A stretch of 64,000 nt of DNA, from assembly GCA_951406725.2 (NCBI GenBank), contig OX597821.1, positions 54,126,001-54,190,000 of the forward strand, read 5' to 3'. The notes below the pieces were generated by a model, which searched no databases, was not told the origin of the DNA, and saw only the letters and a list, made by a program, of their open reading frames with translations. This document shows positions 26,101-39,531 of this stretch, piece after piece. Made by a program: the position numbers and the translations under genes. The DNA comes from Octopus vulgaris. Its lineage: Eukaryota. How positions within the stretch are numbered: the first letter of the stretch is position 1; each line of letters opens with the position of its first letter.

Positions 26101-27849
26101 GTATTCAACACTAGAAAGTTTATAAAATTTAACTGATTTTCTTGTTGCATATTAATAGCTTATGCCATAAATATTTTTTTCACAATACATATCAAATCTT
26201 GTTTAATTATAATAGATAAAAGGATCAATTCTGGTTTCTAACAGGTAACCAGTTAAGAAACAGATGAAAGGGATGCGGGGAAATGGTAGATTAGATAATG
26301 CACCATAGTTGATGAATAATGAGCTTGTAGCTGTAATTAGTGATTCATCATGTTCCAGAAACTTGATAGGAAAGAGAAAAGAATTTGTACTACAGAGCAA
26401 CAAATGTAGGAAATCAAAAAGTAATTTAGAAATTCACATAACTGAATATTCTTGCATTTATTAAATAAATCAATAATTTCAAGTGATAATTTCATAATTT
26501 TGTTATTTTGTTATTTTGGGGGAAATCTGCAAATAAACAATATTTTAAGACTAATTGTGTTATGACTAACTCCTTCCCCATGGAACTTTGGTAGATTTAA
26601 AACACATTTTTATCAAGTAATCCTGCAGTAACAGCCTGGATTAAATTTAACCAGAATATGTTTGAATTAAAGTTTAAACATATGTAGGTATATACAATCA
26701 TATTTAAGCGCATGAAAAGACACAAACATTCACAACACACACACACACACACACATATGTATATAGACATATATAATGTGTGTGTGTGTGTGTGTGTGTG
26801 TGTTAACTAAACTCACATGAATTTCCTAAGGTACAACTTCATTCATCGTATTGAGGCACTTATTCATGGCAAGTACTCAATATTAAATAGATATTAGCTT
26901 TCTGAGATTAAGATCATTGATTATGTGAAATAAATAAGTGGACAGAGTAAGCCTTCAATATATCAATACATGTAAGAATAGGCATATATTTCCTTTACAA
27001 TAATCTTTTGGAGCTTTTCAACATAGAAGCAGATGGTTCCTGTGAAGCTTTGCTATGCATAGTAGCCATCCATGAGATACTGAATATAAGGTAACCAGAG
27101 CACAAAAGGGGACCAAAGAGAGCATGGTTAAGTACAATCAAACAAATCCTGCTTTATACATAGACTGACAAATATGAAAACACCTGAATGTGTGGTAAAT
27201 GCAAATAATAATTTGTTTATTTTCATTCAGCATAGAAAATTTTCCGAGCTATTCAGTTAATATCAAGATATCTAAAACTTCAGTGTGTAATATTTTTGAT
27301 TGCCTCATAAATTATTAAAAATTACTACAAAAATATTTTCAGTTGCACTTAAATTAAAATTCAATAAAAACTATACAACAAACAATGTAAAAACAGTGTT
27401 CCTTTCCTCCCTAATTAGATTGCCCTGCAGAGTATTATCTACTGAAAAATGAGTAACATACAAAGGAATCAACAACAAAAGAGTATATTCAGTGACACTG
27501 GGAAAAATTTGCTGAAGATGTTTTCTTAATTTATATCTCAAAAGTTGAGATTAATTGTCTGAATAGACTAGATGTTACACTACCAGTACCTAGCTCTTAG
27601 GCTCATATCCACAGTAGGTATTTGACTGTGTTTTACTTTTGGCAAAATCACATGATTCTAAATTTCTTTGCTTACATTTCTCTGAACTTTCATAACAACA
27701 CACTTATTGCTGGCTTGATGCAAAACATGAAAATTGTAATCCAAGCATCTTTTAAACTTCCAATGATATCTTCATGCATATATTATATATTTTAGATGTC
27801 ATCATATTCCATGGATGACTTCAAACCGTATCCAGTAGTGCAACCATGG

Positions 27850-27975
27850 TTCAGGAGTTCCAGAGTTTTGAGAAGTGTGGAACCACTTCTTGGCCACTAT
27901 TTTCCCCAGGTCTATTCTGACCCAGAGTAGTAGCACCTTTCAGGATACCAGCTATGGATTAAACAGCATAATCCA
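27850..27975 (+). mobile_element. Decayed SINE-like domain fragment
   Basis: ccccaggtctattctgacccagagtagtagcacct..ctatggattaaa resembles, from memory, a mollusc SINE central domain; single copy in the window. Confidence 0.4.
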
Positions 27976-29699
27976 CTGGAGCCAAGGTACATTGAAATCA
28001 GAGGATGCAGCATGGTGGTTGTGAACTATTTTGGCAAATGAATCTTGCTTAGTCAATGGCAAATATCACTAGTTGCTGAGTGGATGAATGGCCAGTATCA
28101 CCCATTTCAGTTAGTGAACTGCTGCTATTCATCCATAACAATTGCATGTGCAGATGTGATATTTCTGCTAGTGAAAGACCAATGTGACAAAAATCCAGGT
28201 CAGACATTCATACCACAGACCTCAATCATGACGTCTGGTGAGGAAGAGCTGCATCAATATGAGGAAGCTAATGATCCAACCCTTGCAGGGATGGACTGAC
28301 TGGTTAACTAAACAGAGTCTGTACCTCCTACTGCCATTAAGGTAAAGTTTGCTCTTTTCTAGCTGCTTCCACTTGTGCCATACTGAGTGGTGTTTCTTTC
28401 AGTATCCATATGTACTTCACTAATGATAAGTTATTACATTCCACTATTATTAATTCTCTGATCCTAAACTTAGACATTTAATATTCTGGCAGAATATATA
28501 TTTGATTTAAAATCTAAAGACATAAATTGTATGGTATGAAGCATTATAAATTCAATCAAACTATGTCAAGGAGATAGGAAAGACTATCGTTGATCTACAC
28601 AGGAAGAACTTGAGTTGTTTCAGAGTTGATTGACATCATTAATGAAATGAAATGAATTCAATGCTGCAATACACAGAAAGTATAACTGTAACTAATACTA
28701 TAATGATTGTATAAGAGAATGCCTGAATGAAGTATATTACATATAACCATAATAATACAAACAGAGGCATATACATCTACAAATGAACTTGTCTAAATCT
28801 GCTTATAAATATTAAGAACATTCATTTTATATTAATATAGATCTATTATAATATTAAAATGTTTTACAAGTAATAATTCCTTATTGATAATTTCATTCAA
28901 CACATTCATTAATAATTTAATTCGTTTTCTTACTCATTCTAACTATCTTGTGTTTTTATATTATTTTCAATTAAGAATGTAATATTATATTCCAGCCAAT
29001 TATACACATAAAGGTTTGTGCAATTGCATGTAACCTCATCTAAAATCTACTTACAAATAATTATGACATAAATGAAATTATTAATTCTAAGGTTTTCATA
29101 CAACAGTTCCATATTGTTTTAACTCAATACTACTAAATTCACTTAGGTTATCTTGCTTACAATAATTTAATCAATTGATCAAGCTTATTCAATTACTTTA
29201 ATTTATTAAACATATCTTATATTGACTGTTACTAAGTATGATTAGGATAATTATTGTAAGCATTAATCTGAACTACAATATTTGCTATTTTGTTGTATTA
29301 TATTATTTGCATCAATACTTGATCATGTCATTTTATCACGTTCCTTGAAAATGTCTATATCAATTGCAACACGATTGTTAATTGTCTATGAAATATGGTT
29401 CGTTCATAGTTATGTTAAATAGTCTTAGCATTCCTCACTAATATAATGCATCAACATATTTAGAGTCATAACTGAGCATGAACTTGTGTACGTGTTTGTG
29501 TACATACAGACAAATAAGCAATGTATTAATGTGTATATATGTCTACAGATATGCATTTGATAGTGTATAAATGTATGAGTATGTGTATATAAGTGTACTA
29601 AGATACACAGATTGCATCAGTTATTTGAGAACAAACTTTTAATTTTAAACAAGACAATATATCTTTATAGAATTTGGTACACATATTCTTACAAAGATA

Positions 29700-30185
29700 T
29701 AGCAAAAGGCAACTCAATAAATCATCATCAGCCTGATACAGCTTCTGAAATGCATTGTAAATGCATTGATCATGTGATCTTTATTCAAATTGGCCATAAC
29801 TCTCCAAATGTTCCTAGGTGTAGCTGTTCAGTGGGGTCAAATCAGGAAAGCTAGGAGGCCAAACATTAGGGCTAACATGATCATGAAAACTTTTGGGCAT
29901 CTACTCATGGATCAAGCAGTTTGTGTGAGAGGAAACACAGACTTGCTGAAATACATATGGCCTCCCCCAAGCAACTCTTGATCCAGGGCTTGACAACCAT
30001 TCTCATTGTCTTAATGTAGGCTACTGCATTGATCATATGACCTTGCAAGAAAAAGCAAAGAGCTATGACATCACCCTCACTGCTCACCACCCGCAAGATC
30101 ATCAGCTTGGTGTGCATAGCAGTAGTCACTTCAGTGGAGCAGCTGCAGAGTTGTTTGTCATCTTGTCTGTCCAGTTTTTGATTTC
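29700..30185 (-). mobile_element. Tc1/mariner (maT/DD37D-like) transposase relic
   Basis: MHTK..MILRVVSSEGDV...FF.QG..INAVAYI....VVKPWI, then WPPSFPDLTPL (WPPxSPDLNPLD motif). Confidence 0.78.
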
Positions 30186-30189
30186 GGAC

Positions 30190-30345
30190 AGAGTTCTCTC
30201 ATCTTACACACATGTGTCTATGTTTTCGTTTCTCCTTGTGTTCGACGTCCTTTTGGTGTCCTGTACTCATATATGCGTGTATATGTACATGTAGAGGTAG
30301 GTGCGTACATATATGTTTATATATATGCATATGTTTTATTTTATT
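30190..30345 (+). repeat. Dispersed repeat shared with 17330-17450 (inverted)
   Basis: ttgtgttcgacgt..ttttggtgtcctgtac.catatatgc..gtaggt..tatatatgcatatgttttat present at both loci. Confidence 0.7.
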
Positions 30346-30355
30346 TATTAATTTA

Positions 30356-30397
<42 letters not shown>

Positions 30398-30400
30398 TAT

Positions 30401-30460
<60 letters not shown>

Positions 30461-30612
30461 ATAGATATTGAGGTTATAAGAGGTAATGGTGTCATTGAGA
30501 CCCAAAGGTGTCAGGTAATGCTGAATAAGTGCTATAGACAGACTATAGTTAAGCTCCAGGTTCAGTGGTTTTGCGAATAAGGGCTTCAATGTTGGTCATA
30601 TGTCAGCGTGTG

Positions 30613-30746
30613 TATATAAGAATTTTTCGCGTAATGAGATAAAAAACCCAAGGCTGTGTAAATATTAGAGCATTTATAGATATAAATGTTCTAATATCTA
30701 CACAGCCTTGGTTTTTTTATCTCATTACGCAAAAAATTCTTATATA
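30613..30746. repeat. Near-perfect 134-bp palindrome (66-bp arms, 2-nt spacer)
   Basis: 30613-30678 equals the reverse complement of 30681-30746 with 4 mismatches by manual alignment. Confidence 0.95.
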
Positions 30747-30750
30747 TATA

Positions 30751-30806
<56 letters not shown>

Positions 30807-31158
30807 ATGTGTGTGTACATATATACTAGAGAGAAACATCATGAGCATTGACTTTGTGCTTATGTCATAGCCTAATAGCCCATCTTCAATTGTAGAAAAA
30901 CACTCAGGTGCAGATGCAATTAATATTGATTTAAACTGAAACCTGAAATTGTCACGCATCAAATGCATCCAGTATAAATTCTTGCTGATATAAATACACT
31001 TGTATATTATAGTTCTTTAATATCCTTTAAATATCTTAATTATGGTTGTATTACATTTAGTGATTTTGATTGTCAAACCCACATGCTTTAGTCTGAATGA
31101 TAAACTCAGGACATCACAGATGTTGGTCACAATTTGTTGTCAATATTCTTAAAATACA

Positions 31159-31362
31159 GGGTGGCAAGCTGGCAGAAACGTTAGCACAGTGGGCGAAATG
31201 CTTTGTGGTATTTCGTCTGTCTTTACGTTCTGAGTTCAAATTCCGCCAAGGTCGATTTTGACTTTCATCCTTTTGCAGGGGAGGGGGGATGATAAATTAA
31301 GTACCAGCTGCATACTGGAGTCGATCTAATCGACTGGCCTTGTACCTAGAATAGAAAAGAAT
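31159..31362 (+). mobile_element. SINE family A
   Basis: GGTGGCAAGCTGGCAGAAACG..GAGTTCAAATTCC..CTTTCATCCTTT..GTCGATCTAATCGAC; decayed TSD aatattcttaaaatac/aatactcttacaacac. Confidence 0.88.
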
Positions 31363-31899
31363 ACTCTTACAACACCCAACTTCAGAAAGTATATTATAAC
31401 ACTTCGCTTCTTGATCTAATATCAATTTTTTAAATTCTTTTCCCTATTTATATCTACAATCCTTTTGACATTCATCTTTTTTCTCTCCTTTTTTCTTTTA
31501 TTTTCCCCTAGAATATTCAAACTGTATAAAAGTCAGTTTGAATTTTGTAATTCATATTTCCAAATGTCTCTGACAATGTGATGCATGTAAGTTATATAAT
31601 TATGATTACATAATTATAATTTTTGTTGAAATGTTATGCAACAATTTTGAAACAACTGTAGAAATATTTATTCAGAATACCACTGATAATGTTTTCTGTT
31701 CATTTAAATATTTTATACTGTTCAGTTTTATAGCCTGTTCTGCCCAATATATAGCATTTTATATAAATATCTACAAACAATTTTTTGAAGTTCAATATGC
31801 AATAGAATGCTCTCAAATATATCTGGTTATTTATCATGCTTCAGTGCTACATCATAAAGGGAAAATATACATACACACACACACACACACAATGAACAA

Positions 31900-32970
31900 T
31901 AATTAAGGAGAACACTGGTGGAACGAGATTTAACAAATACATTACTTTCTTAACACTTTAATGGAAAAAGAAAGAGTTTCAACGTTTTGGATATTAGTCC
32001 TTCATCAGAAGGAAAGTGAAAAGCATAGGAACAATGAGAGAAGGAAATACACAGAAAAAAATAAAGAGCAATTTTTTAAAGTAATATATGTAATATATGC
32101 TCTCAAATATATCTGGTTATTTATCATGCTTCAGCACTAGATCATAAAGTGTAAATATACAGGCATACTTGCACACACACACAAACACAATTGTGTGTGT
32201 GCACACACACACATACACACATACTGTTCTAAGGAATGTTAAGAAGATAGGATGGGTTGTGTGAGTATATGCAAATATTGGAGAGTATATGTGTCTGTAA
32301 GTGGCATAAGGGGAAGTGGATTATGTGTGTGTGTGTGTGTATGTGTTTAGTTTTGTGAAGGGTGTCTATGCCTGTTGAAGCGTGGAAGTATAGTGGAGCA
32401 AGTAAGTTAAGATGTGCTGCTGGTGTATATATGTAAGATTTAAGTGAGTAGTAAGCAAGTGTGAATATGAAGTGATAAGACCAGGTGCAAGTGTGAGAGG
32501 GGGGAAATGATGTGAAGGAAACAGAAAGTTAGAAGAATGTGAAAGCTAGGATAGATGTGTATGCAAGTGTATGCGTGTGGAACGTATAAGCACAGAAGAA
32601 ATGTCTAAACCAAAGTAAACAATAGAAAAGAAAGGTATCAATACTGTGCGAAGACAAAATGTGAAAGAGAATGATAAAAATTTTTTCAGTGCAAAACACT
32701 AATAAAATGCCCATTGAGATTTGATGGAGTGCTCAAAGTATATTAAGGACCTTAGGAAAATCTACGGAAATATAAAATGATAACTGTGATGAGAATCTGG
32801 TAAAGTCCATGGAGGAGAAATAGCGGTATTGAACATGTTAAAATATCTGAAATGATGAGTTTGCATGTTTGTCCTAAATACACATCAACAGATTTGAATG
32901 CACACATGCTCATCACATACACATCACACTGTATGTACACAGTGCAAAAGAATGACTTTTTATCCACAGG
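31900..32970 (-). mobile_element. Penelope-like relic (GIY-YIG, terminal repeat with hammerhead-like motif)
   Basis: SFFCT....VYVMSMC...VYLGQT and TLSTPSNLN at 32710-32960; CTGATGA-AGGA-CTAATA-TCC-AAAA-CGTTGA on minus at ~31979-32008. Confidence 0.55.
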
Positions 32971-33262
32971 CAGACATCATCTCTGATCGACAAACAGTTC
33001 AGTTCATTCACTGTAATTATAAAGAAAGCCAATGGCTTGCTTAGGCTCAAAGAACTGGTTACTTCTGGCAAACAAGACTCAGCATATCAGAACACTGGTA
33101 TTCCAGAATTCTTAATACCAATGAGCTGAGTTTATTCTGAACTTCTTGTCACATAAAAGGGCAAAGTCATTCTCCTGTGATATACACAACAACAATTATC
33201 AGCATTTCAATCTGCTGGAATATACTTAGCATGAATAGGCAAATTCATTAGTTATACATATA

Positions 33263-33515
33263 TCATCATCATCATCATCATCATCATCATTTAACGTCCA
33301 TTCGCCATGCTAGCATGGGTTGGACTGTTCAACCGGGGATCTGGGAAGCCAGAAGGCTGCACCAGGCTCCAGTTCTGATCTGGCAATGTTTCTACAGCTG
33401 GATGCCCTTCCTAACGCCAACCACTCTGTGAGTGTAGTGGGTGCTTTTTGCATGCCACCGGCACAGGTGCCAGGTGAGGCTGGCAATGGCCATGATCAGA
33501 TTGGTACTTTTTATG
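33263..33515 (-). mobile_element. RTE-LINE 3' UTR with (GAT)n tail
   Basis: Same family as 14735 and 25519. Confidence 0.8.
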
Positions 33516-34004
33516 TATATATGTGTGTATATGTGTGTATATACATGCATATACATATGTGTGTGTGTGTGAGTACATATATATATTATATATTTGAATC
33601 TTTGTACACATATTTCCTTTCAATTATTTCTCTGTATGGTGTTGATATATTATAATTTCTGCACACTGAATCTTTCTATGCAACTTCAATAATACTGATT
33701 GATTTTTACGTCTGAATAAATATTTGTTGGCAGATGCACATGGCGTTGTAAACTATTCTGACTTTGCACCAGTGCTGCATATACCAGAAACTTTAGGAAC
33801 AAACTTGACTTTGGAATTTTGACAGTTAGCACAACCAATTTCATACACTTAAATATGTAAAATAGCAAAAAAAAATTATAACTCAATTTTTCTGAAGTTG
33901 CACTCATATTGAGTATAACAAGGCTAAATATAACACACATATACATATATTCATACATAAATACATACATACAAACATAAATATATATATAACTACACAC
34001 ACAC

Positions 34005-34047
<43 letters not shown>

Positions 34048-34544
34048 GGATGCATGCATACATTTATACAGTCACACACTCATATATACACATACGTGTG
34101 TGTGTATGTGTGCGTGTGTGTGTCATAGGAACAAATCGATTCTTCAGTTTGATACGATAATAGTCTGGATGTAAGAACATGGCCAAATGTCAAAAACAGA
34201 TGCTATTTATATTTGATATGGCCAGGTGATAACCTCAGGTGAATGGTTATTACATTCTCAGAGGATATATGAACTGTTTAAGTAATCGGAGTGAAATTCC
34301 TGGTAAGTGTACATGACTGTGATGTAATTTTCTTTTGAAAGTTCTTCTGGCAGCTCTGATATCGCTACTATTATTCCTCTCACTTCTGCAGTCTTGTTGT
34401 AGTTAAAGAGTACACTGAGCATTTTATTAGTTTATGACCTTAGTATTGTATCAAAAGTGTCCAACACTTTTGATAAATTAATCTTTGCAAATACATCCAG
34501 AAAAGATAATACATTTTGTCGCCTGCTCAGAGGCAAGTGTAAGC

Positions 34545-34960
34545 CTACATTATATTATTGTTTATGATATACTACATTATATAAGTTATTATAGTACACT
34601 ATATTATATTATGGTCTGAACCAACATATATTATCATTGACAACACCAAAGTATATTAAATTTGTAACTACAATAAACTATATTGTACTAGTTACAGCAC
34701 CAGACTACATCATATTAGTGACTAGATCAAGCCACATAATAGTAGTGACAACAACAAACTGTATTATATCAGTAACTACAGTAGACTATATCCTGCTAGT
34801 GACAACACCAATCTATATTTCATTAGTGACTCCATCACAATATATTATATTAGTGACCTTTTCACTAACAAAATAGACTACATTATGTCCATCACTACAG
34901 TATACTATATCATATTAGTAGCCACACTAAACTGCATTATTTTGGTGATTACACCAAACT
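34545..34960. repeat. Degenerate 27-bp minisatellite
   Basis: Approximate unit ACTACACCAAACTATATTATATTAGTG; visible as a 9-aa period TTxxYIILV in ORF 34637-34876. Confidence 0.8.
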
Positions 34961-36239
34961 CAATTTAAATAGTCTCCAGGCAGTGTGTACTATTTTCTTC
35001 TTATTTTCTTAACACAACTATATTTTATTTCAATAGTATGTCTTTTCCAGTAATTAAGAAAGAGTTGCTCTTAAATATGTTGTGCTTTTTTTCTCTCTTC
35101 ATAACCTGAAGACAGTAAATAATAAATTCAATCATGATGCTGGTGTTTGGAATAATATGTTCTTACATCAAGTTATGATAAAAGGTTTTAATTAAATATG
35201 AACAATCAAACACAACCACGTATTTTGATAGAGTCTGATATAGTTTTCGATGGATTGGTATAAAGAGAGACTTAAACAAGTAAATCGTGTGTTTATATAA
35301 AAATGATTCTTACGCATTTATTTATATATAGCATTTTTAGTGAAGAATTCTGAAATCTTTTCCATGTCAGTATGATTTCTCTAGACATTTAAACAAATAA
35401 TTTCGTCTGTTTTCTCTCTCTCTGCTTACACTCACTTTACTAAACATTTTATGATTTTTTTTTAAAAACCATTTACAAGATAGTTCATGAAGATGATGAT
35501 GTAAGCCAGACAAAAATTGGCAAAAAAAAATTTTTTAATTAAAATATTTTTTTCTGTGAAGTTATTAGTCACATCTCCACTCCCAGTATGAAATAACAAG
35601 TGTTGTCAAGAAGAACAGCCAGCAATATCTGCTACATCAGTCACTTAGTTTCATAAGTTTCTTTTCTCACACACCACATCTTCACCATAAATTGATGGCT
35701 GAAGAGCAGCTGTTTAGAAACAAGAGAAGTTTGACCACAAATGACTCATATTTACTCATTTTCTGCTCCTCTGCATTGTGAAGGTCAGTTCCCATGTATA
35801 TGTCTGAAGTAACACGGATGGTTCTAAAGAATGTGGTACAACATAGAACACTCCATGTCCTGACACATATCATCCTTGATAAGAAACAATCCACACTCAA
35901 GCAAAATTGATGCCATTACTATGATAATGGTCAACAAAGCCCAAATGTAATATGAATGAACTGCTTATGGTATCAGCAAGACATATTTATACATTAAAGG
36001 AATCTATTTCAGAGAAAAACAAATCAGAAGCAGTACCACAGAAATTGATTTAGCAAAGGTTTTATCATCATCCAGTTGAAATATATGGAGATAACACATT
36101 TATAATTTAGTACTGGTTGTACTTTTAGTTATAAGTTGTAGATCAAGATGAAGCACCTAGCCATTTTTGATATTAGTGTGATCTGTTTGGCTATATTAGA
36201 CTCTGTTCCATTTAGTTAAATATATCTTGTATCATTATC

Positions 36240-36445
36240 TTTAGTCTCTGTTATAAGACTGCAGCCATGCAGGAGCACCACCTTGGAAGATTTAGACAAA
36301 CAAATCAACCCTTGTACTCATTTTTTAAGCTTGATATTTATTTTATCTGTGTGTATTTTATCCATTAAATTATGGAGATGTAAACAAACCAACACCAGTT
36401 GTCAAGTGTGGTGGGAGAAAAATACAGTCACACACACATGCACAT
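36240..36445 (-). mobile_element. SINE family B 3' half, decayed
   Basis: gactgcagccatgcaggagcaccacctt..aacaccagttgtcaag. Other fragments at ~8040-8095, 23835-23880, 23950-23995 and 24730-24820. Confidence 0.65.
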
Positions 36446-36617
36446 ACACCAGCCAAATCTTGCTGTCACAATATATAGAATATCACCTGTCACTGAAGAA
36501 GTGCAGTACACTGAAATAAGCAGTCTAGCAGTTTTGACATCCACACCTGATACTTTTCATCTGCTACAATATGTCTGTACTTTTATACACCATGCATCTA
36601 TATGAGAGGACCTTTAA

Positions 36618-36829
36618 CCCTTTCATTACCAACCCGGCTGAAACCGGCCCGGGCTCTCTGTCTTGTTTTCCTAAATTTTGAATTAAAATCTTCCACCAAA
36701 TGTTAGTTACAAATTATGTTCCTAACACTAGCTGAATGATAACTAAGCTATTTTACTAAATTCTTTGTTATATTTAAAGTAATTGCAAGAAACACAGATG
36801 ACCTCAAAATAAATACAGTAATGAAAGGG
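36618..36829. mobile_element. piggyBac-type MITE (212 bp)
   Basis: Perfect 12-bp TIRs CCCTTTCATTAC/GTAATGAAAGGG flanked by TTAA on both sides (36614-36617, 36830-36833). Confidence 0.92.
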
Positions 36830-37109
36830 TTAAAGGCTAATACTACAGTATTCAGCATTCTAAGAAGACATCCGTGTTAAGTTAGATATGAAGATTGTCC
36901 TTTGGTACTAATACTGCTTCCATAACTAATAGTTATATTTCAATAAGCCTGCTGGCTCTTTGTAACATCAGTGACTTGAAAGACACTGATATATCACGGC
37001 AGGAAGATTTGGTTGGTATGTGGTCACCAGATACCTGCCTCTGAAACCCTATGATCTGGAAGCTCCAGAACCCATATCAAATGATTCTCATCCCCTACAA
37101 AATATGTCT

Positions 37110-37596
37110 GTGCATAAGATCTGGTCATCAAATCTAAGTAGAGACTTCAAACTTGAAATCTTCAAAGCCACAGTCGAACCAATTCTACTATATGGCTCAG
37201 AAACCTGGACGTTATCAAAGAAGCTTGAGAGGCAGTTGGATGGAACCTACACTTGCCTCCTTATGAGAGCTCAAAATCTCTCGTGGAAGCGCCATCCAAC
37301 CAAAATGCAAATATATGGGAAATTACCACCTGTGTCATCTTTTGTGAAAGGTAGGAGAGTCCAGTTTGCTGGACATTGTTGTAGAGCTGAAAAAGAAGTA
37401 ATTTCTACTCTTCTCCTCTGGAAGCCATCTACTCGCAATACCAGAGGGCGCACACTCTCCTACCCTGATGTAATCTCCAGGGATACAGGCATCCAGCAAC
37501 AGGACCTCCGTAATGCCATGATGGACCATGAAGTCTGGCGTAGCATGGTAAATTCCATTGTCTCGACCACGGTTGAACAATGATGATGATGATGAT
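37110..37596 (+). mobile_element. RTE-group LINE 3' end, 5'-truncated, open frame
   Basis: KIWSS.LSR..KL.IFKATVEPILLYGSETWTL..LDGTYT.LL..SWK.H..RRVQFAGHC.R..LLW..W, stop, (GAT)n tail; possible TGTGC TSD. Confidence 0.88.
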
Positions 37597-39531
37597 GTGC
37601 TTTTATACCCCATGCTTTTCTATGAGAGGACCTCTTGTGGTGAATAATGCAGTGTGCAATATTCTGTCAAGACGACCATATTAAGTTGGATATGCATATG
37701 TATAAACACATGTATATAGATATATATGTACGCACATACAGTATACATATATATATATATGTATATATACATAACCTATCCTATTATGTTGGCATTAATG
37801 CAAGGATATGTTAAAAGCATTATAGGCCCCAGGAGAAATCAACATACTGGGCCCCATAGTATTTATTTACTGACAGCAAACCCCTGGGCAACTTCCCACT
37901 GTACCCCTAATATAAGAGAGCGCTGTGTTAATGTATGTCAAATACAATACTTAAATATATGAAAACTAACACGTCCTTTTATGATACTGATCAGTTATCT
38001 CACAGAATCAAAAGTAGTACAATATCAAATAAGTGCTGTGAGAGAAGAACTTCATTATCTCATGCAAGAATGTAAACAACAGACATAAATATTAACTCAC
38101 CATCAACCAGCAAACGTTGACCTCTTCATTAATGGTCATTTAACATCTAGAACAGACTGATTAAGATTCTCACTGGTGTAAATCTTAACTGACCATCAAC
38201 CTACAAGTGCTGACCTCTATATTGATGGCCATTTAATTACTCTGGTAAACCAATTATTACTGCCGCACACGCTTAATGTATCTGGTTGCAGACTCAATAC
38301 AAAAATTAGTCTCAAATATTCTACATGGCCTTATTTGATTCACATCATTCTTGAAAGAGGAACACATGCACACACGCACACACACAGACACACACACGCA
38401 CAAACACACAGACATACACACGTACTACCCACACACTCACTCACCTGTAAAAATAGATACATACACACATACCCCTACACACACCATTACATGCACACAC
38501 AACTTATATATACACATAACCCTATATACACATGCACATATATATCCCTATATACACATGCACATACATATCCCTACATACACACACACATACATATCCC
38601 TACACACACACATGTCCATGCACACACACACACACACGCTCACACACACACACACACACACACACGCACGCACAAGGACACTCTAACACTCCAATTAATT
38701 CAGAAGTACAGAACCTTGGCTGCTGTTTCAAGCAGTTTAAGCTTATAGATAGACATTAATCTACATTGGACAATGTATCTCTGAGCACATAGTGTCTGGT
38801 AATAAGACATGACAGTTAGGACATGATCTTTAGGACTGGATTTACAAGTAACTGACAATTATGTGTTTGTATAACCATATCTTAAATTGTGTACAAGTGC
38901 AACAAAGGGCACATCTGAGCATTCTTAGAGACATTTGCTGTAAAACTCTATTTGAAGATATTGTTGTTTAGTTCTGTGTATTTTTTTAGCTTTAATTTTA
39001 CAAATAATCTATTTTTCCAATGTTGTTTATATTCTTAAACTTGTGGCATTTGTGTTGGAAAGTTCGTGGTACTATCGACCCCTAAATTTGTTTAACCGTT
39101 TGTTTGGTTTTTCAAGAAATGGTTAATCTTATTTCACTTACATCTGTTTTATTTTGTTTGTTATTTTTCTGAGGAGAGATTTTATTATCATTTTGAAGAA
39201 ATTATGTCCAAGTTGTTTTATGTACAATCCTATTTTGTGACTTTTTGTTTAACTATTTTTAACATTTTGTGTTTTCACCTAATATTTATAGCCTTACATC
39301 TGTGATTATCATTTCTTCCTTTTTGCACAATGATAGTATAATATGACAGGTTGAAATTGTTTGGGATGTGGTGTTTGCACATCTTTTTTTATAATTCTCA
39401 TAAAGATATCTAACTTCCTATACATGAACGTGTCTTGACTGGTGGTGCATTAGAAGCTTTGTTGTTCTTTTTAATGTAATTCATTATCTTTATTTTCCTT
39501 GTTTTTGGTTGTCTTCCAAGTTCTTTCATAT

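Noticed and set aside
34128-34310. Exon ending at CTG|GTAAGT
   Set aside because: Upstream acceptors give stops in all frames or only a 41-nt piece whose phase is incompatible with the next candidate exon.
38090-38245. Minus-strand exon with GTGAGT donor
   Set aside because: The sequence is one unit of a decayed ~95-bp tandem duplication; no coding support.
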